Positions 37,221 through 49,084 of a stretch of DNA of 64,000 bases are shown here, in pieces. Both the position numbers and the translations under genes were made by a program. This stretch comes from Polyangiales bacterium. Lineage in GTDB: Bacteria; Myxococcota_A; Polyangia; Polyangiales; Polyangiaceae. Where the stretch lies: the NCBI GenBank assembly GCA_038230375.1, contig JBBRNJ010000037.1, positions 1 through 64,000 on the forward strand. Reading direction: 5' to 3'. Numbering within the stretch: the first letter of the stretch is position 1; each line of letters opens with the position of its first letter. The notes beneath the pieces are model-generated. The model had not been told where the DNA came from. It saw only the letters and a list, made by a program, of their open reading frames with translations, and did no database searches.

Positions 37221-39962
37221 ATGGCAGAGACGTTCGTCGGACGCGAAACAGAGCTACGCGCTCTGGCGCAGCTGATGCAGACAGCACGCCTCTGCACCGT
37301 GCTGGGCACGGGCGGGGTTGGCAAGAGCGCGCTCGTGATGGAGCACAAGAGGCGCACGGACCTGGTGGGACCCGCGTTCTGCGATCTGTCGATGGCGCGC
37401 ACGGAAGAGGATGTGTGTCGGCGCGTGGCCCAGACACTGAGCACCGGGCTCGCCATCGCGGGCGAGCGCGCGACACGCATCAACGCACTCGGTGACGCGC
37501 TGGCCGCGTGCGGGACTGACATCACGCTGGTCCTGGACGATGCCGAGGCCGTTGCGAAAGAGCTCGGCCCGCTTTGCGAGAGCTGGCTCGCGCGCGCGCC
37601 GAACGCGCGTATCCTGATCACCTCCCGCGTTCGCATCGGTGCGCGCAACGAGCACGTGCTCGTCGTGGAGCCGCTTGCGCTCGCGTCCAGCGCAGGTCCG
37701 TCGGATGCGGCCAAGCTCTTCGTGCTGCGCGCACGGGCGGCCGGCGCAGCTGTGAACGACACCGACCTGCATGCAGTGGAGTCGCTCGTACATCTGCTGG
37801 ACGGCTTGCCGCTCGCCATAGAGCTCATGGCCGCTCGCGCGCGCCTGTTTCCCGTGGCCGTGCTCCTGACCCGACTGACCTCGGGCGCCGAGCTGTCGGG
37901 AGACGAGCACACCGGGGACAACCGTCATTCCACCATGCGCGGTGTCGTGGCGGGCAGCTTCGCGCTGCTCGAGGAGCGCGATCGAGAGGCGCTCCTTTCG
38001 TTTGCATGTTTCCGTGGAGGGTTCTCCATCGACGCGGCGGAGGCCATGCTCGGGCCGGACGGTCTCTTCGCGCTCACGCGGCTTGCCGATGCATCGTTGG
38101 TCCGGAGCGTGACCACACGTGACGGAGCTGCGCGCTTCGACCTCTTCCAGTCGGTTCGCGCATCCGCGACCGAACGCATGAAGGAACGCGCCGGTCATGA
38201 ACGGGCGCTGTTTCTCGCTCACGCGGCTCACATGGCCAACGCGGCGGTGGGTTTCCGCAAGAACGCGCGCGCGACCGGAGGCATCGCGTGGCTCTTGTCT
38301 CTCGACCGTGAGCACGACAACCTGGTCACCGCGCTCCTGCGCCTTCTCACTCCAGGAACAGCGCCGGACAACGAGGCCATCCGCCTTGCGCTCGTCCTGG
38401 CAGTGGAGCTGGAGCCGATTCGCTTGCTGCGTGGTCACGCCGCCACGTACGCGGAGTGGCTGCTTGCGACGCTTGCACTCGCATCGCGAACAGACGCTTC
38501 GGCGCCAGACATGCGGCAGCTTGTCCTCCGTGCCACGCTCTGCCACGCGCGTGCGCTCCTGGAGCTGGGCCTCGCGCGCGAGAGCCGCAAGGAGTTCGGT
38601 CGCGCGCTCGCGCTCGCCGTGGCGGCGGCCGACGCGGTTCACGAGGCGCACGCGCTCTGCGGGATCGCGCGACTGGATGCCCATGCGGGAGAGTGGCAGC
38701 GCGCGCTGGATGTCCTGGCCGATGCAAAGTTGTGTGCCATCCGCTCGAACGATCAGGCCCTGCTGCACATGATCCTGGCGAACGAGTCCTTCCACGGCTC
38801 CGAGCTGCACGACGGAGAAGAAGAGCTGGGGCACCTGGAGAGGGCCGCCGCGTTCTTCAAGGCGGACGGTGACGAGCGCGAGAGCCTCTACTGGACGGTG
38901 CAGCTTGGACGCGCGTACACCGATTTCGATCGGCAAGAACGAGCGCTCGCCCGCCTGGAGGACGCATCGGCACGAGCGCGAGCGATCGGCGACCGACGAA
39001 CGGAGGGCCTTGCAGCGTTCGGGCTGGGCGGTGCATATCTGAGCCGCGCGCAGCTCGACCTGGCGCGAACCGCGTACGCGCGCGCCGCTGCGATCCTGGG
39101 AGAGGTGGGCAAGGAACGTGAGCGCGGATATGCGCTGGGATACCTGGGCGCCGTGGAGCACCTTCGCGGCCGCATGGACGATGCAGAGTCCGCATACATG
39201 ACTGCGTGCGCCACGCTCACGTCGGTCGGCGATGCACCGAATGCGACGCTGTTCTCCCTGTTCCTCGCGGGCCTGCTCGCGGACGTCGATCGAAGCCGAG
39301 AGTCTGCGGCATCTCTTGGGCGTGCGAACGCGGGCGTTGCGGCGGCGAACGGCAGCGGGATGCGCACGGTGGTCGCGAAGCTATCGCGCGCGATGCTGGA
39401 GTCGTGTCTAGCGCGCGCGGCGCTCCAGACGGGCGATCTGGATGGCTTCATGCAACACCGGCGCGACGCGGACGCGTGCCTTCGCGTCGCCGAGTCGCGT
39501 CCCGTGCATGTGGAGAGCGCCCGCACGACGTACGACTGGCGCGACGTCTCGCTGGATGTGCGCGTGGCGTTCCGTCTTGCGCAGCGGGCTGTGCTCGCCG
39601 TGAGCGCGCTGCAGCTTCCCGCGGGCTGCGTCGTGGTCGCGGGCGCATGCGCGCGCGTTCGCCCGCGGACGGACGCGCCATGGATCGAGCTTCAACGACG
39701 ACACGCGCTCCGTCGCATCATGGTGCGGCTGGTGGATGCACAGAAGGAGACGCCCGGAGCAGTGGTGGTCGCAGCCGACCTCATCACCGCGGGGTGGCCC
39801 GACGAGCAGATCGCCCAGAAGGCAGCGATGAACCGCCTCCACGTCGCCCTGGGGACTCTGCGACATATGGGCCTGGGTGCGGTGCTCGAGCACCAGGACC
39901 AAGGGTGGCGTCTGGCGCCCCATGCGCCCGTGCTGCGCGTCGCGGAGGACTGGAGCGATTGA
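37221..39962 (+). CDS. STAND-type ATPase with TPR repeats and C-terminal winged HTH (probable regulator)
   Basis: FVGRE; Walker A GTGGVGKS; Walker B LVLDDAE; ITSR; LDGLPLAIEL; C-terminal GWPDE...NRLHVALGTLR. Confidence 0.9.
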   Translation: MAETFVGRETELRALAQLMQTARLCTVLGTGGVGKSALVMEHKRRTDLVGPAFCDLSMARTEEDVCRRVAQTLSTGLAIAGERATRINALGDALAACGTDITLVLDDAEAVAKELGPLCESWLARAPNARILITSRVRIGARNEHVLVVEPLALASSAGPSDAAKLFVLRARAAGAAVNDTDLHAVESLVHLLDGLPLAIELMAARARLFPVAVLLTRLTSGAELSGDEHTGDNRHSTMRGVVAGSFALLEERDREALLSFACFRGGFSIDAAEAMLGPDGLFALTRLADASLVRSVTTRDGAARFDLFQSVRASATERMKERAGHERALFLAHAAHMANAAVGFRKNARATGGIAWLLSLDREHDNLVTALLRLLTPGTAPDNEAIRLALVLAVELEPIRLLRGHAATYAEWLLATLALASRTDASAPDMRQLVLRATLCHARALLELGLARESRKEFGRALALAVAAADAVHEAHALCGIARLDAHAGEWQRALDVLADAKLCAIRSNDQALLHMILANESFHGSELHDGEEELGHLERAAAFFKADGDERESLYWTVQLGRAYTDFDRQERALARLEDASARARAIGDRRTEGLAAFGLGGAYLSRAQLDLARTAYARAAAILGEVGKERERGYALGYLGAVEHLRGRMDDAESAYMTACATLTSVGDAPNATLFSLFLAGLLADVDRSRESAASLGRANAGVAAANGSGMRTVVAKLSRAMLESCLARAALQTGDLDGFMQHRRDADACLRVAESRPVHVESARTTYDWRDVSLDVRVAFRLAQRAVLAVSALQLPAGCVVVAGACARVRPRTDAPWIELQRRHALRRIMVRLVDAQKETPGAVVVAADLITAGWPDEQIAQKAAMNRLHVALGTLRHMGLGAVLEHQDQGWRLAPHAPVLRVAEDWSD

Positions 39963-39983
39963 CCCTGCGCCCCCTGCGCGGGT

Positions 39984-40358
39984 TCAGCCTTCGGTGGGGT
40001 AGAAGAACTCCTCCCGGACGATCTTGTCGTTCTCGACGGTGAAGAGGGCGGCCTCTTCCATCTGGAAACGCTTGCCGCTCGGCTTGTTCGTCACGTCGTA
40101 GCTGAAGCGCACGACGAAGCGGTTGCCGTTCGGCCATGGTCCTTCGACCTTGGAGCTGTGGACTTCGTGGTTCTCCATCCACTGCTTGCCCTTGGCGGCC
40201 ACCGCCTTGATGCCGCGCGACTCGGCGGAGGTGGCGCCGGGCGGGGTGCCGGCTTCGACGCTGACAATGTCAGGCGAGAACAGCGTCTCGAGCGCAATGT
40301 GGTTCTGGTTTGCGCTGACGAGCTCGACGTACTTCTTGGCGATCGTGAATGTGGACAT
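39984..40358 (-). CDS. SnoaL-like / NTF2 fold protein
   Basis: FSPDIVSVEA, ..G...V..K...W, EVH, MEEAALFTVENDKIVREEFFY; AAGGAG RBS. Confidence 0.85.
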   Translation of the reverse strand: MSTFTIAKKYVELVSANQNHIALETLFSPDIVSVEAGTPPGATSAESRGIKAVAAKGKQWMENHEVHSSKVEGPWPNGNRFVVRFSYDVTNKPSGKRFQMEEAALFTVENDKIVREEFFYPTEG

Positions 40359-40361
40359 GGT

Positions 40362-40386
40362 GTGCTCCTTGAGAGGTGAGGAGCAC
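40362..40386 (-). promoter_or_regulatory. Hairpin that sequesters the RBS of the SnoaL-like gene
   Basis: mRNA GTGCTCCT-N9-AGGAGCAC, perfect 8-bp stem with SD AGGAG in the 3' arm. Confidence 0.5.
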
Positions 40387-40442
40387 CTTGTGCCTCAGAG
40401 CCCGGTTGGTCAACTGGCGGCGTTTGCGACGCTGTTCGAAGT

Positions 40443-40458
40443 TGACAGGAGGATGTCA
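40443..40458. promoter_or_regulatory. TGACA-N6-TGTCA palindrome, candidate operator
   Basis: Perfect 5+5 palindrome in the intergenic region upstream of the SnoaL-like gene. Confidence 0.45.
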
Positions 40459-40490
40459 GGATACGAGAGCGCAGCAAGAGGTCGATCGGG

Positions 40491-41480
40491 TCAGTCGCTG
40501 GATGCGTCGGAGGCATCATTTGCTGCGTCGTCCGATGCGTCAGCAGCTCCTCCGTCCGGCATGGCGGTGGGGCAGCCTCCAGGCATCAGCGTGAGGGTCA
40601 CGTTGTCCGTGATCGTCTTGCCATACGCGTTGAGGATGCACATGGGGGTGCCTGCGTCGCCGCTGGAGGTGAGCGCCTCCACTTGCTTGATCGTCCAGCT
40701 GTCCCCGGACTCGAATGTGCCGGGGTGGCTCTGCATCGCGAACGTGATGCTCTCCATGGGCTGCGCGCTTGCGAGCCCGAGATTCACTGCGACCGTGGAT
40801 CCGGCCGGAAATCTCTGCGTGAGTGGCCTCTGGTCCGTGGCTCCGCCCTGGTAGTTCACGCTCACGGACGCCGTGCTGTCACCTCGCAGATCATCGCCCC
40901 CCGTCACGACGACGATCTGCAGCACACCAGTCGCGCAGCCTCCTGCCACAACCACGACCGGCTGTCCGTCCGTCACGGTCCCTCCCGGGCGATCGAGCAC
41001 GCACGTCGGCGCGCCACCGTCCGCAGACGACACCGCCGCACGAACCTTCTGCACCGTCCAGCTGTCGTTCGACTCCAGATCCTTGAGCGGGTGGCTGACG
41101 AGCGAGAACCGCAGGCTCTCGATCGGTTGGCTCGAGTGGATCGCGGTCTGGATGTGTGTCGTCGAGCCTTCCGTGAAGTTCGTCGGCCCCGTGCTGCCGC
41201 CGCTGTAGAACGGAAGGGCGAGCACCTCGCTCTTGCCGTCCATGTAACGGATCGTCGCCGTGGCATCCGTGTTGAGCCGCAGGCTGTCGCTGCCCGTCAC
41301 GATGTCGAGAGCCAGCGTGCCCACCACGTCTTGATTTCCTGCTTCAACTCCCGAATCGACGACGCTACCGGTTCCGCCGCCGGGGCTTTCGCCGTTCGTC
41401 GACGAGCAAGCCGAAACGAGCCTGCACACCGCGAGGAGACATCCCGCGCCCCACCCCATTCGCCGCGCTCGCTTCACCAT
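40491..41480 (-). CDS. Lipoprotein with two copies of a ~105-aa beta domain (TGxDxLR ... DSWT)
   Basis: Lipobox VSAC; IVTGSDSLR...ESNDSWTV and VVTGGDDLR...ESGDSWTI. Confidence 0.75.
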   Translation of the reverse strand: MVKRARRMGWGAGCLLAVCRLVSACSSTNGESPGGGTGSVVDSGVEAGNQDVVGTLALDIVTGSDSLRLNTDATATIRYMDGKSEVLALPFYSGGSTGPTNFTEGSTTHIQTAIHSSQPIESLRFSLVSHPLKDLESNDSWTVQKVRAAVSSADGGAPTCVLDRPGGTVTDGQPVVVVAGGCATGVLQIVVVTGGDDLRGDSTASVSVNYQGGATDQRPLTQRFPAGSTVAVNLGLASAQPMESITFAMQSHPGTFESGDSWTIKQVEALTSSGDAGTPMCILNAYGKTITDNVTLTLMPGGCPTAMPDGGAADASDDAANDASDASSD

Positions 41481-41621
41481 CACAATGAACGTTGCCATCG
41501 ACTGATAGGTGGCCCGCGCCGCCGCGCACCAGACAAGGGCGACGCGGTTTCGTGTGCGCATGTGCGACAGCGCGACGCGAAAGTCGCTGTGGTAGCCTCG
41601 AGGAGGACCGGGCTTGGAGAA

Positions 41622-44011
<2,390 letters not shown>

Positions 44012-44015
<4 letters not shown>

Positions 44016-44785
44016 GGCTGGGGTCCGCCTTTTCCGTCGCGGCCGGCCTTGCCTTGCTCGGTGGGTGCTCGCTCGCGACGTCGTTCGCCGGCCTGTCGGG
44101 CTCCGCGGACGTTGGCGGCGCGGTGGGTGACGGCGGTCCGGCCGCGGGACCTGACGGCTCCACATCGAACAACGGCGACGCTGGCTCTGCGGACGGCTCC
44201 ATGTCGAGCGCGGGCTGGGGCGCGGTGACCATCATCCAGTCCCGCCGGTCCACCGGTAAACCAGGTGTTGATCTCGATCAGCCGACCACCAAAGGGACGA
44301 TGCTCGTCGTGTTCTGCCCCGACCCCAAGCCGCCGACGCCCTCGGGGACCGCGCCGAAGTGGCAGATGATGAAGGCCTCGTACGGCGGAACGATCGTGAT
44401 CTGGCCCGACCACCCTGGCGGCATCACGCACTTCACGATCATGGACGGAAACAACGACCTCTTCTTCCTGGAGATGTCTGGTGTCCCGGCGGACGTGCAC
44501 CTCTCGGACGAGGTCGACACTGGTGCGAAGGCTAGCGGCACCACGACAGAGTCGCTCACCGCAACGTCCTCGCCCGGTCCGCACTCCGTTGCGTTCGTCT
44601 ACATCGACACGACGACCGGATCGTCGGCCTCCGCGGACACGGGCTGGACGTCGCTCGGCACCGACAGCAACAACGACTTCGCGTGGTTCCGGCTGGATCC
44701 GACCGCGCCATTCAGCGCCACCGTGACCTTCTCTCCGCAGTCCCCCGCGGCGATGATGATGGTGCAGGTCGGCAACGGCAACTGA
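44012..44785 (+). CDS. Lipoprotein, hypothetical
   Basis: GTG overlaps the kinase stop; lipobox LGGC; DGG/DAG linker; beta-rich domain. Confidence 0.75.
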
Positions 44786-44800
44786 AGGCGCGTGGCGTGC

Positions 44801-44859
44801 AGCAGTGTCGCGTGGGGCGAGACCCGCAGTGGACCTCGCCCCAGGCAACGCGGTTCTAG
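44801..44859 (-). mobile_element. Short (internally deleted) copy of a MITE/REP-like palindromic element
   Basis: TGGGGCGAG (44813-21) / CTCGCCCCA (44835-43) arms; both ends align with the ends of 51931-52074. Confidence 0.6.
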
Positions 44860-46259
44860 CGGCAGGTGGAGGGTCCGCCCGCGCAGTTGCGCAGGCCGTA
44901 CGTCGTGCGCTGTGCGTCGGTCACGGCGCGTCCGTTGCCGTCGACCCAGCTGCCGTAGCAGTTCATCGAGGCCGCGTTCGTGGGCGTCGCTGACTCGCCG
45001 GTGCAGCCGTAGACCTGGCTACGATCGACGCCTGCACGATCCGCGAGGTCCGCTGCGACGCGGTTGCCATCTCCGTCCGCTGCGCCAGAGAAGCACGCGC
45101 CCGCGATGACAGGGCTGCGACCCATGGTGACCATGCGGAGCGTGGCTGTGTCGGGGGTGTCCGCCATGCGACCAGGCGCGCCGTGCGTGCTGATGACTGC
45201 CGCCTCGGGATGCATCTCGGCGTAGAGGTGCTCGCGAGCGAGCGCACTGTCGCCCGGCTCGCCGCTGACCCAGAAGTTCATTCCGACGTTGCGCCGAAAG
45301 CCCGGAGGCGGATCGCTGCCCGGACGCGTGTCTTCGTCGGCGCTGTACGGGGTGGCCTCGCCGCGGTCGGTCTGGTCGCCGGAGGGCGTCTCACCCAGGC
45401 CTTCTTCCGGCGTCGCGGGGTCGACGCCGTTCACGTCGTCGGCCGGGTCGCCGTTCGGGTTGGTCGCGTTGTCGCCGGATGGCCCCGTGTTCTCGAGCGC
45501 GATCGACCCGGGATCGAGCGACGCGAGAGAGGGCCCGGTGCGCGACAGCTCGCCGCCCTTGGCCCAGACCATGGTGCGCAGCCAGACCTGGATCTCGTAC
45601 TTGTCGAGGCGTGTGACGTATCCGCTTCCGGACGAATCGCCCGCACCCGCGTAGACGCCGATGAGCGCACCGTCGGAGCGAACGACGCTTCCGCCGAGCG
45701 TTGCGTCGTGCGAGTCGCCGGTGAGGCGAAGCGCGTACGGACGCCCGACGGACGGGTGGGTGTCGATCGAGAGCGCGTGCGGGTTCACGCTCCCAGTCGC
45801 AGTACGGCCATGCGCGGTTGCCTTGGCGCCGAAGGGTGAATCGGATGCGACTGTTGCGTAGTGAGATGCCTGGATGGGCGTGCGCAGCGAGAGGAGCGCA
45901 AGGTCGTGCTCACGCGCGTGGTCGCCTGACGTGTTCCAGTCGTAGCGATAGACCTTGGCGACCTCTGACGAGGCGCCGCCCGCATGTGACGCCGTGACGC
46001 GCGCTGACTTGCTGCCGTCCGCGCATCGGGCTGATGTCAGCACCACGTTCGGCGAGAGCAGCGTTCCTGCGCACGACTGCACGTGACCGCCGGCATAGAA
46101 GTCCACGGACACGACGTCCGCAGTGTCGGCGTTCGCGCTCTCTGCGCTCCCGGACGACGTTGTTGCGCTGCCGCAGCCGGCGAGGAGGGGAGCCGCGATG
46201 GTTGCACAAGTGAGAAGGATGGCGCGCGTGCGCGCCGCCAGGGCGATACCAAGTTTCAT
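44856..46259 (-). CDS. Lipoprotein: inactive trypsin-like domain + acidic linker + putative His-Cys (clan CD-like) domain
   Basis: Lipobox LAGC; CAGTLLSPNVVLTSARC; DLALL; TLGGS in place of GDSGG; C-terminal STHGAPG ... AGACFSG. Confidence 0.8.
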   Translation of the reverse strand: MKLGIALAARTRAILLTCATIAAPLLAGCGSATTSSGSAESANADTADVVSVDFYAGGHVQSCAGTLLSPNVVLTSARCADGSKSARVTASHAGGASSEVAKVYRYDWNTSGDHAREHDLALLSLRTPIQASHYATVASDSPFGAKATAHGRTATGSVNPHALSIDTHPSVGRPYALRLTGDSHDATLGGSVVRSDGALIGVYAGAGDSSGSGYVTRLDKYEIQVWLRTMVWAKGGELSRTGPSLASLDPGSIALENTGPSGDNATNPNGDPADDVNGVDPATPEEGLGETPSGDQTDRGEATPYSADEDTRPGSDPPPGFRRNVGMNFWVSGEPGDSALAREHLYAEMHPEAAVISTHGAPGRMADTPDTATLRMVTMGRSPVIAGACFSGAADGDGNRVAADLADRAGVDRSQVYGCTGESATPTNAASMNCYGSWVDGNGRAVTDAQRTTYGLRNCAGGPSTCR

Positions 46260-46487
46260 GACGTACCTCGATTCGAGTGGGGTTAAGTCCTCGCGGGATC
46301 GCGAGGGTCATCAACGGTCATCGCAAGGCCCGGTCCATGCGGACGCGAATCGCGTTCGATGCAGATTGCAGGCATTTTTCCAGGGCCCGCCGCGAATTGT
46401 CTCCTTCGAGCAACGGATGAAAGTCGACCTTGCGTGGAGCGTGCGCACCACGCCACGAGCAGCGCGCCGCGGGTGTATCGTCGATCC

Positions 46488-47129
46488 ATGAAGCTCGACG
46501 ATTCGATGGGGAGCGGTGCGGCGGGCGCCCTCGTCGCTGCGGCGGTCGTCGGTGCTGCGTGCCTCCTGCTCCTGGGGTGCAAGAGCTCCGACGCGACTGC
46601 GCCTGCGAGCGGCATGGATGGCGGTGCGCCGATGGCCACGACCCCTGCGGCCTCCGGGAGCGCGCCCCAGCCAGCTGACGCGGCGGCTCCTGCGGCGCAA
46701 GGTTCGCTTCCCGATCTGGCGACGCGTACAAAGCTCACACTGCGTCAGGGTCAGGGCGGGCCGTCGCAGCGTCGATGCGGAGGCATCGCGTACGAGGTCG
46801 AGCTCGATCTCACGACCAACCAATGGGTCTACGGCTACTGCGCTGCCCCCAGCGATCCGGACGTGTCGGACGCGCCTCTGACGACGAAGAAGGGACGGCT
46901 TTCGAAGGATGAGCGGGGGCGGATCGAAGTCGCATATCGGTCGGTTCGTCTGCAGCCGGATCCGCGCTGTCCGCACGACGCTGGGGTGCTCGTGGTCGAG
47001 CTGCGCGGTGGTCCCGACGGAGGCCGGAGCGCGCCGAGTGAGAGCTACGCATGCAACAAACCATTCGCGCCGAGCAACGACGCGCTCGTCCGCGCGGTCC
47101 TCGCGGTTGTGAACGCCGTGGGGCCGTGA
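46488..47129 (+). CDS. Lipoprotein, hypothetical
   Basis: Lipobox LLGC; Ala/Pro linker; four-Cys domain. Confidence 0.75.
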   Translation: MKLDDSMGSGAAGALVAAAVVGAACLLLLGCKSSDATAPASGMDGGAPMATTPAASGSAPQPADAAAPAAQGSLPDLATRTKLTLRQGQGGPSQRRCGGIAYEVELDLTTNQWVYGYCAAPSDPDVSDAPLTTKKGRLSKDERGRIEVAYRSVRLQPDPRCPHDAGVLVVELRGGPDGGRSAPSESYACNKPFAPSNDALVRAVLAVVNAVGP

Positions 47130-47158
47130 GATGGCCCACCACACCGGTCAGCGCCGAC

Positions 47159-48121
47159 TTACTTCGCGCGGTGCGGGGTGACCGTCACGGTGTAACGATG
47201 ACCGTCCTCTTCACCGGTGAACGCGGTGGTGGGCTTGTCGAACGGCGCCACGAGCGCACCGTGAGCGGTCATTTTTCGGATGCGCGCGGAGGGGGTCGCG
47301 CTCTCGATCGCGCTTGATTCGAAGTCGAAGTCGAGGTCGAGGCTGGTGCCGCGCGCGTGACCGGTCGCCTTCATGCGCGACCCGACGTCTTGCCGCGCCG
47401 ACGACACGCCCGCGTCTCCCACGACGAGCGCGACGTTCGCGCCGGCCTTCGCGATGGCGGGCGCATCGCCGGATAGGTTCAATGTGAGCGTGGTGGGCGC
47501 CGCGGCGGCCCCGTCGCCCGTGTGGGCGATCGAGACGTCAACGACATAGGCAGCGCCCGGGGCTTCTGTCGCCTTCGGCTCGAGCGGCGCGCTTGCGGTG
47601 GGGGTCGCGGACAGCTTGAACTGCATGCCGCCGTCAGAGCTCTCGAGAAGGACAGTCGCGGTGCCGACTGGCGTCGGCGTGGTGCCGTGTGACGACGCCT
47701 TTCGGATCTTCCCCGTCGCATCGAGCACGCTGGTCTCGGCCTCGACATCGAGTTGGGGAACGTCCCCTTGCATCGTGAGGCGACATTTCACCTTCGTGCC
47801 GACGTCCGCGCGGCTGCCACCGACGAACGAGACGTTCTTCGCGAACGAGACCGAGCCGAGCGTCGTGTCCGACAGATCGACGGAGAACGCTGCGCGCGCG
47901 GTGGTCTTCCCGTCGGTCGTATGGAGCACGAGATCGTAGTGGAACGCGCGCGCGGCGGACGTCGGGGAAGACAAAGCAGATGCGGCGGGCCCCGAGGGCA
48001 CTACCTTCGACGAGGGGACGGCGGGCGACGCACTCCCCGACGTGGGCGCCTCCGATGACGGCGTGGTGTTGCACGCGGTGGCGATCAGCAGAGCGAGCGC
48101 GAGGCGGAGGTTCGTTGACAC
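47159..48121 (-). CDS. Lipoprotein with two tandem beta-rich repeats (R.DVG motif)
   Basis: GTG start; lipobox ATAC; repeats SRADVGTKVK..IRK.SSHG and ARQDVGSRMK..IRK.TAHG. Confidence 0.75.
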   Translation of the reverse strand: MSTNLRLALALLIATACNTTPSSEAPTSGSASPAVPSSKVVPSGPAASALSSPTSAARAFHYDLVLHTTDGKTTARAAFSVDLSDTTLGSVSFAKNVSFVGGSRADVGTKVKCRLTMQGDVPQLDVEAETSVLDATGKIRKASSHGTTPTPVGTATVLLESSDGGMQFKLSATPTASAPLEPKATEAPGAAYVVDVSIAHTGDGAAAAPTTLTLNLSGDAPAIAKAGANVALVVGDAGVSSARQDVGSRMKATGHARGTSLDLDFDFESSAIESATPSARIRKMTAHGALVAPFDKPTTAFTGEEDGHRYTVTVTPHRAK

Positions 48122-48234
48122 GCCGGCGACCTTACACGAGCCGGCGCTATTTGCCACGCAAGGCTCGGCCGAGTTGGCGTGCTTCGCGTGGCCGCGTCCT
48201 TGCACGTGCGGCTTGCGCGAGCTATGCCGTGCGC

Positions 48235-48720
48235 ATGGCGGATTGGCTCGTTTATCAGGAAGGTGGAGCGCATCTCGGGCCGTTTGCTGCGGAGGTGATC
48301 GCGCAGGGCATTGCGCAAGGGCGGCTCCCCGAGGGGATCTTCGTGGCGCTTCCCGGTGGGCCGCGATGGCTTCGCGCGATCGACCTTCCACTGATCGCGC
48401 AGCTCGTGAACGCAGCCAGCGCGAGCCCCATCACCGACGGGGCGCCTGCACAGCCCACCATGTCAGCGTTCGCGGCGACCATGAACCTGAACGAGGATGA
48501 CGTGGAGCTGTCCGACGTGCACGTCACGACCGCTGCCACACCCGCCGTCTCCAGTATTCCGCCGCCGCTCCCGAACGCGCTCCGAAGCACGATGGTCCTG
48601 CCGTCGTCGCCACCATTGCCGCTGGCAGACCAGAAGATCGACAGCGCGCGAAAGAAGGCTTTCGCGGAGACGGTGGTGCTCGCCAACGGTCCGAGCGCCG
48701 ACATGCTTCGCAGAGTGTAG
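48235..48720 (+). CDS. GYF_2/DUF4339-like domain protein
   Basis: W.V....G...GPF....I...I..G.L......W....P pattern, then Pro-rich disordered tail. Confidence 0.7.
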   Translation: MADWLVYQEGGAHLGPFAAEVIAQGIAQGRLPEGIFVALPGGPRWLRAIDLPLIAQLVNAASASPITDGAPAQPTMSAFAATMNLNEDDVELSDVHVTTAATPAVSSIPPPLPNALRSTMVLPSSPPLPLADQKIDSARKKAFAETVVLANGPSADMLRRV

Positions 48721-49084
48721 AATGCACGCGTGACCGGAATTCGAGGCCAGACAGAGTGGTATGGGCAAACATGGACCTCTGCGGCGACAGGAAAGGCCAG
48801 TGGACGTCATGGAAGACCGGCGTCGAGGCGGACCTCGAGACGCTCGAGGCGAGCGACGGCGCCGACCATCTGTGGGGTGACGACCGCGCCAACACGACGT
48901 GATCGATCCGGGTCCCGGGAAGAACAGCGTTTCGTCCGGCGCAAACTGAGACACGCGCCGCATCACGCTGATTGGGGGGGCATATTTGTGAGCGACTGTG
49001 GCAATCGGCACCACGGAGCGGACCCCCTCATTTCGCTTTTCGGCCATTCTGCAGCACGGCGCGACTCGTGCTCCGTGAGAGGGC

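Noticed and set aside
37221..39962. STAND ATPase as an Avs/NLR-type antiphage system
   Set aside because: No nuclease, TIR, SIR2 or protease effector; the C-terminal wHTH fits a transcriptional regulator; no defence-island context
40683..41621. 313-aa N-terminal extension of the Ser/Thr kinase
   Set aside because: It overlaps the divergent lipoprotein gene; a GGAG RBS supports ATG 41622
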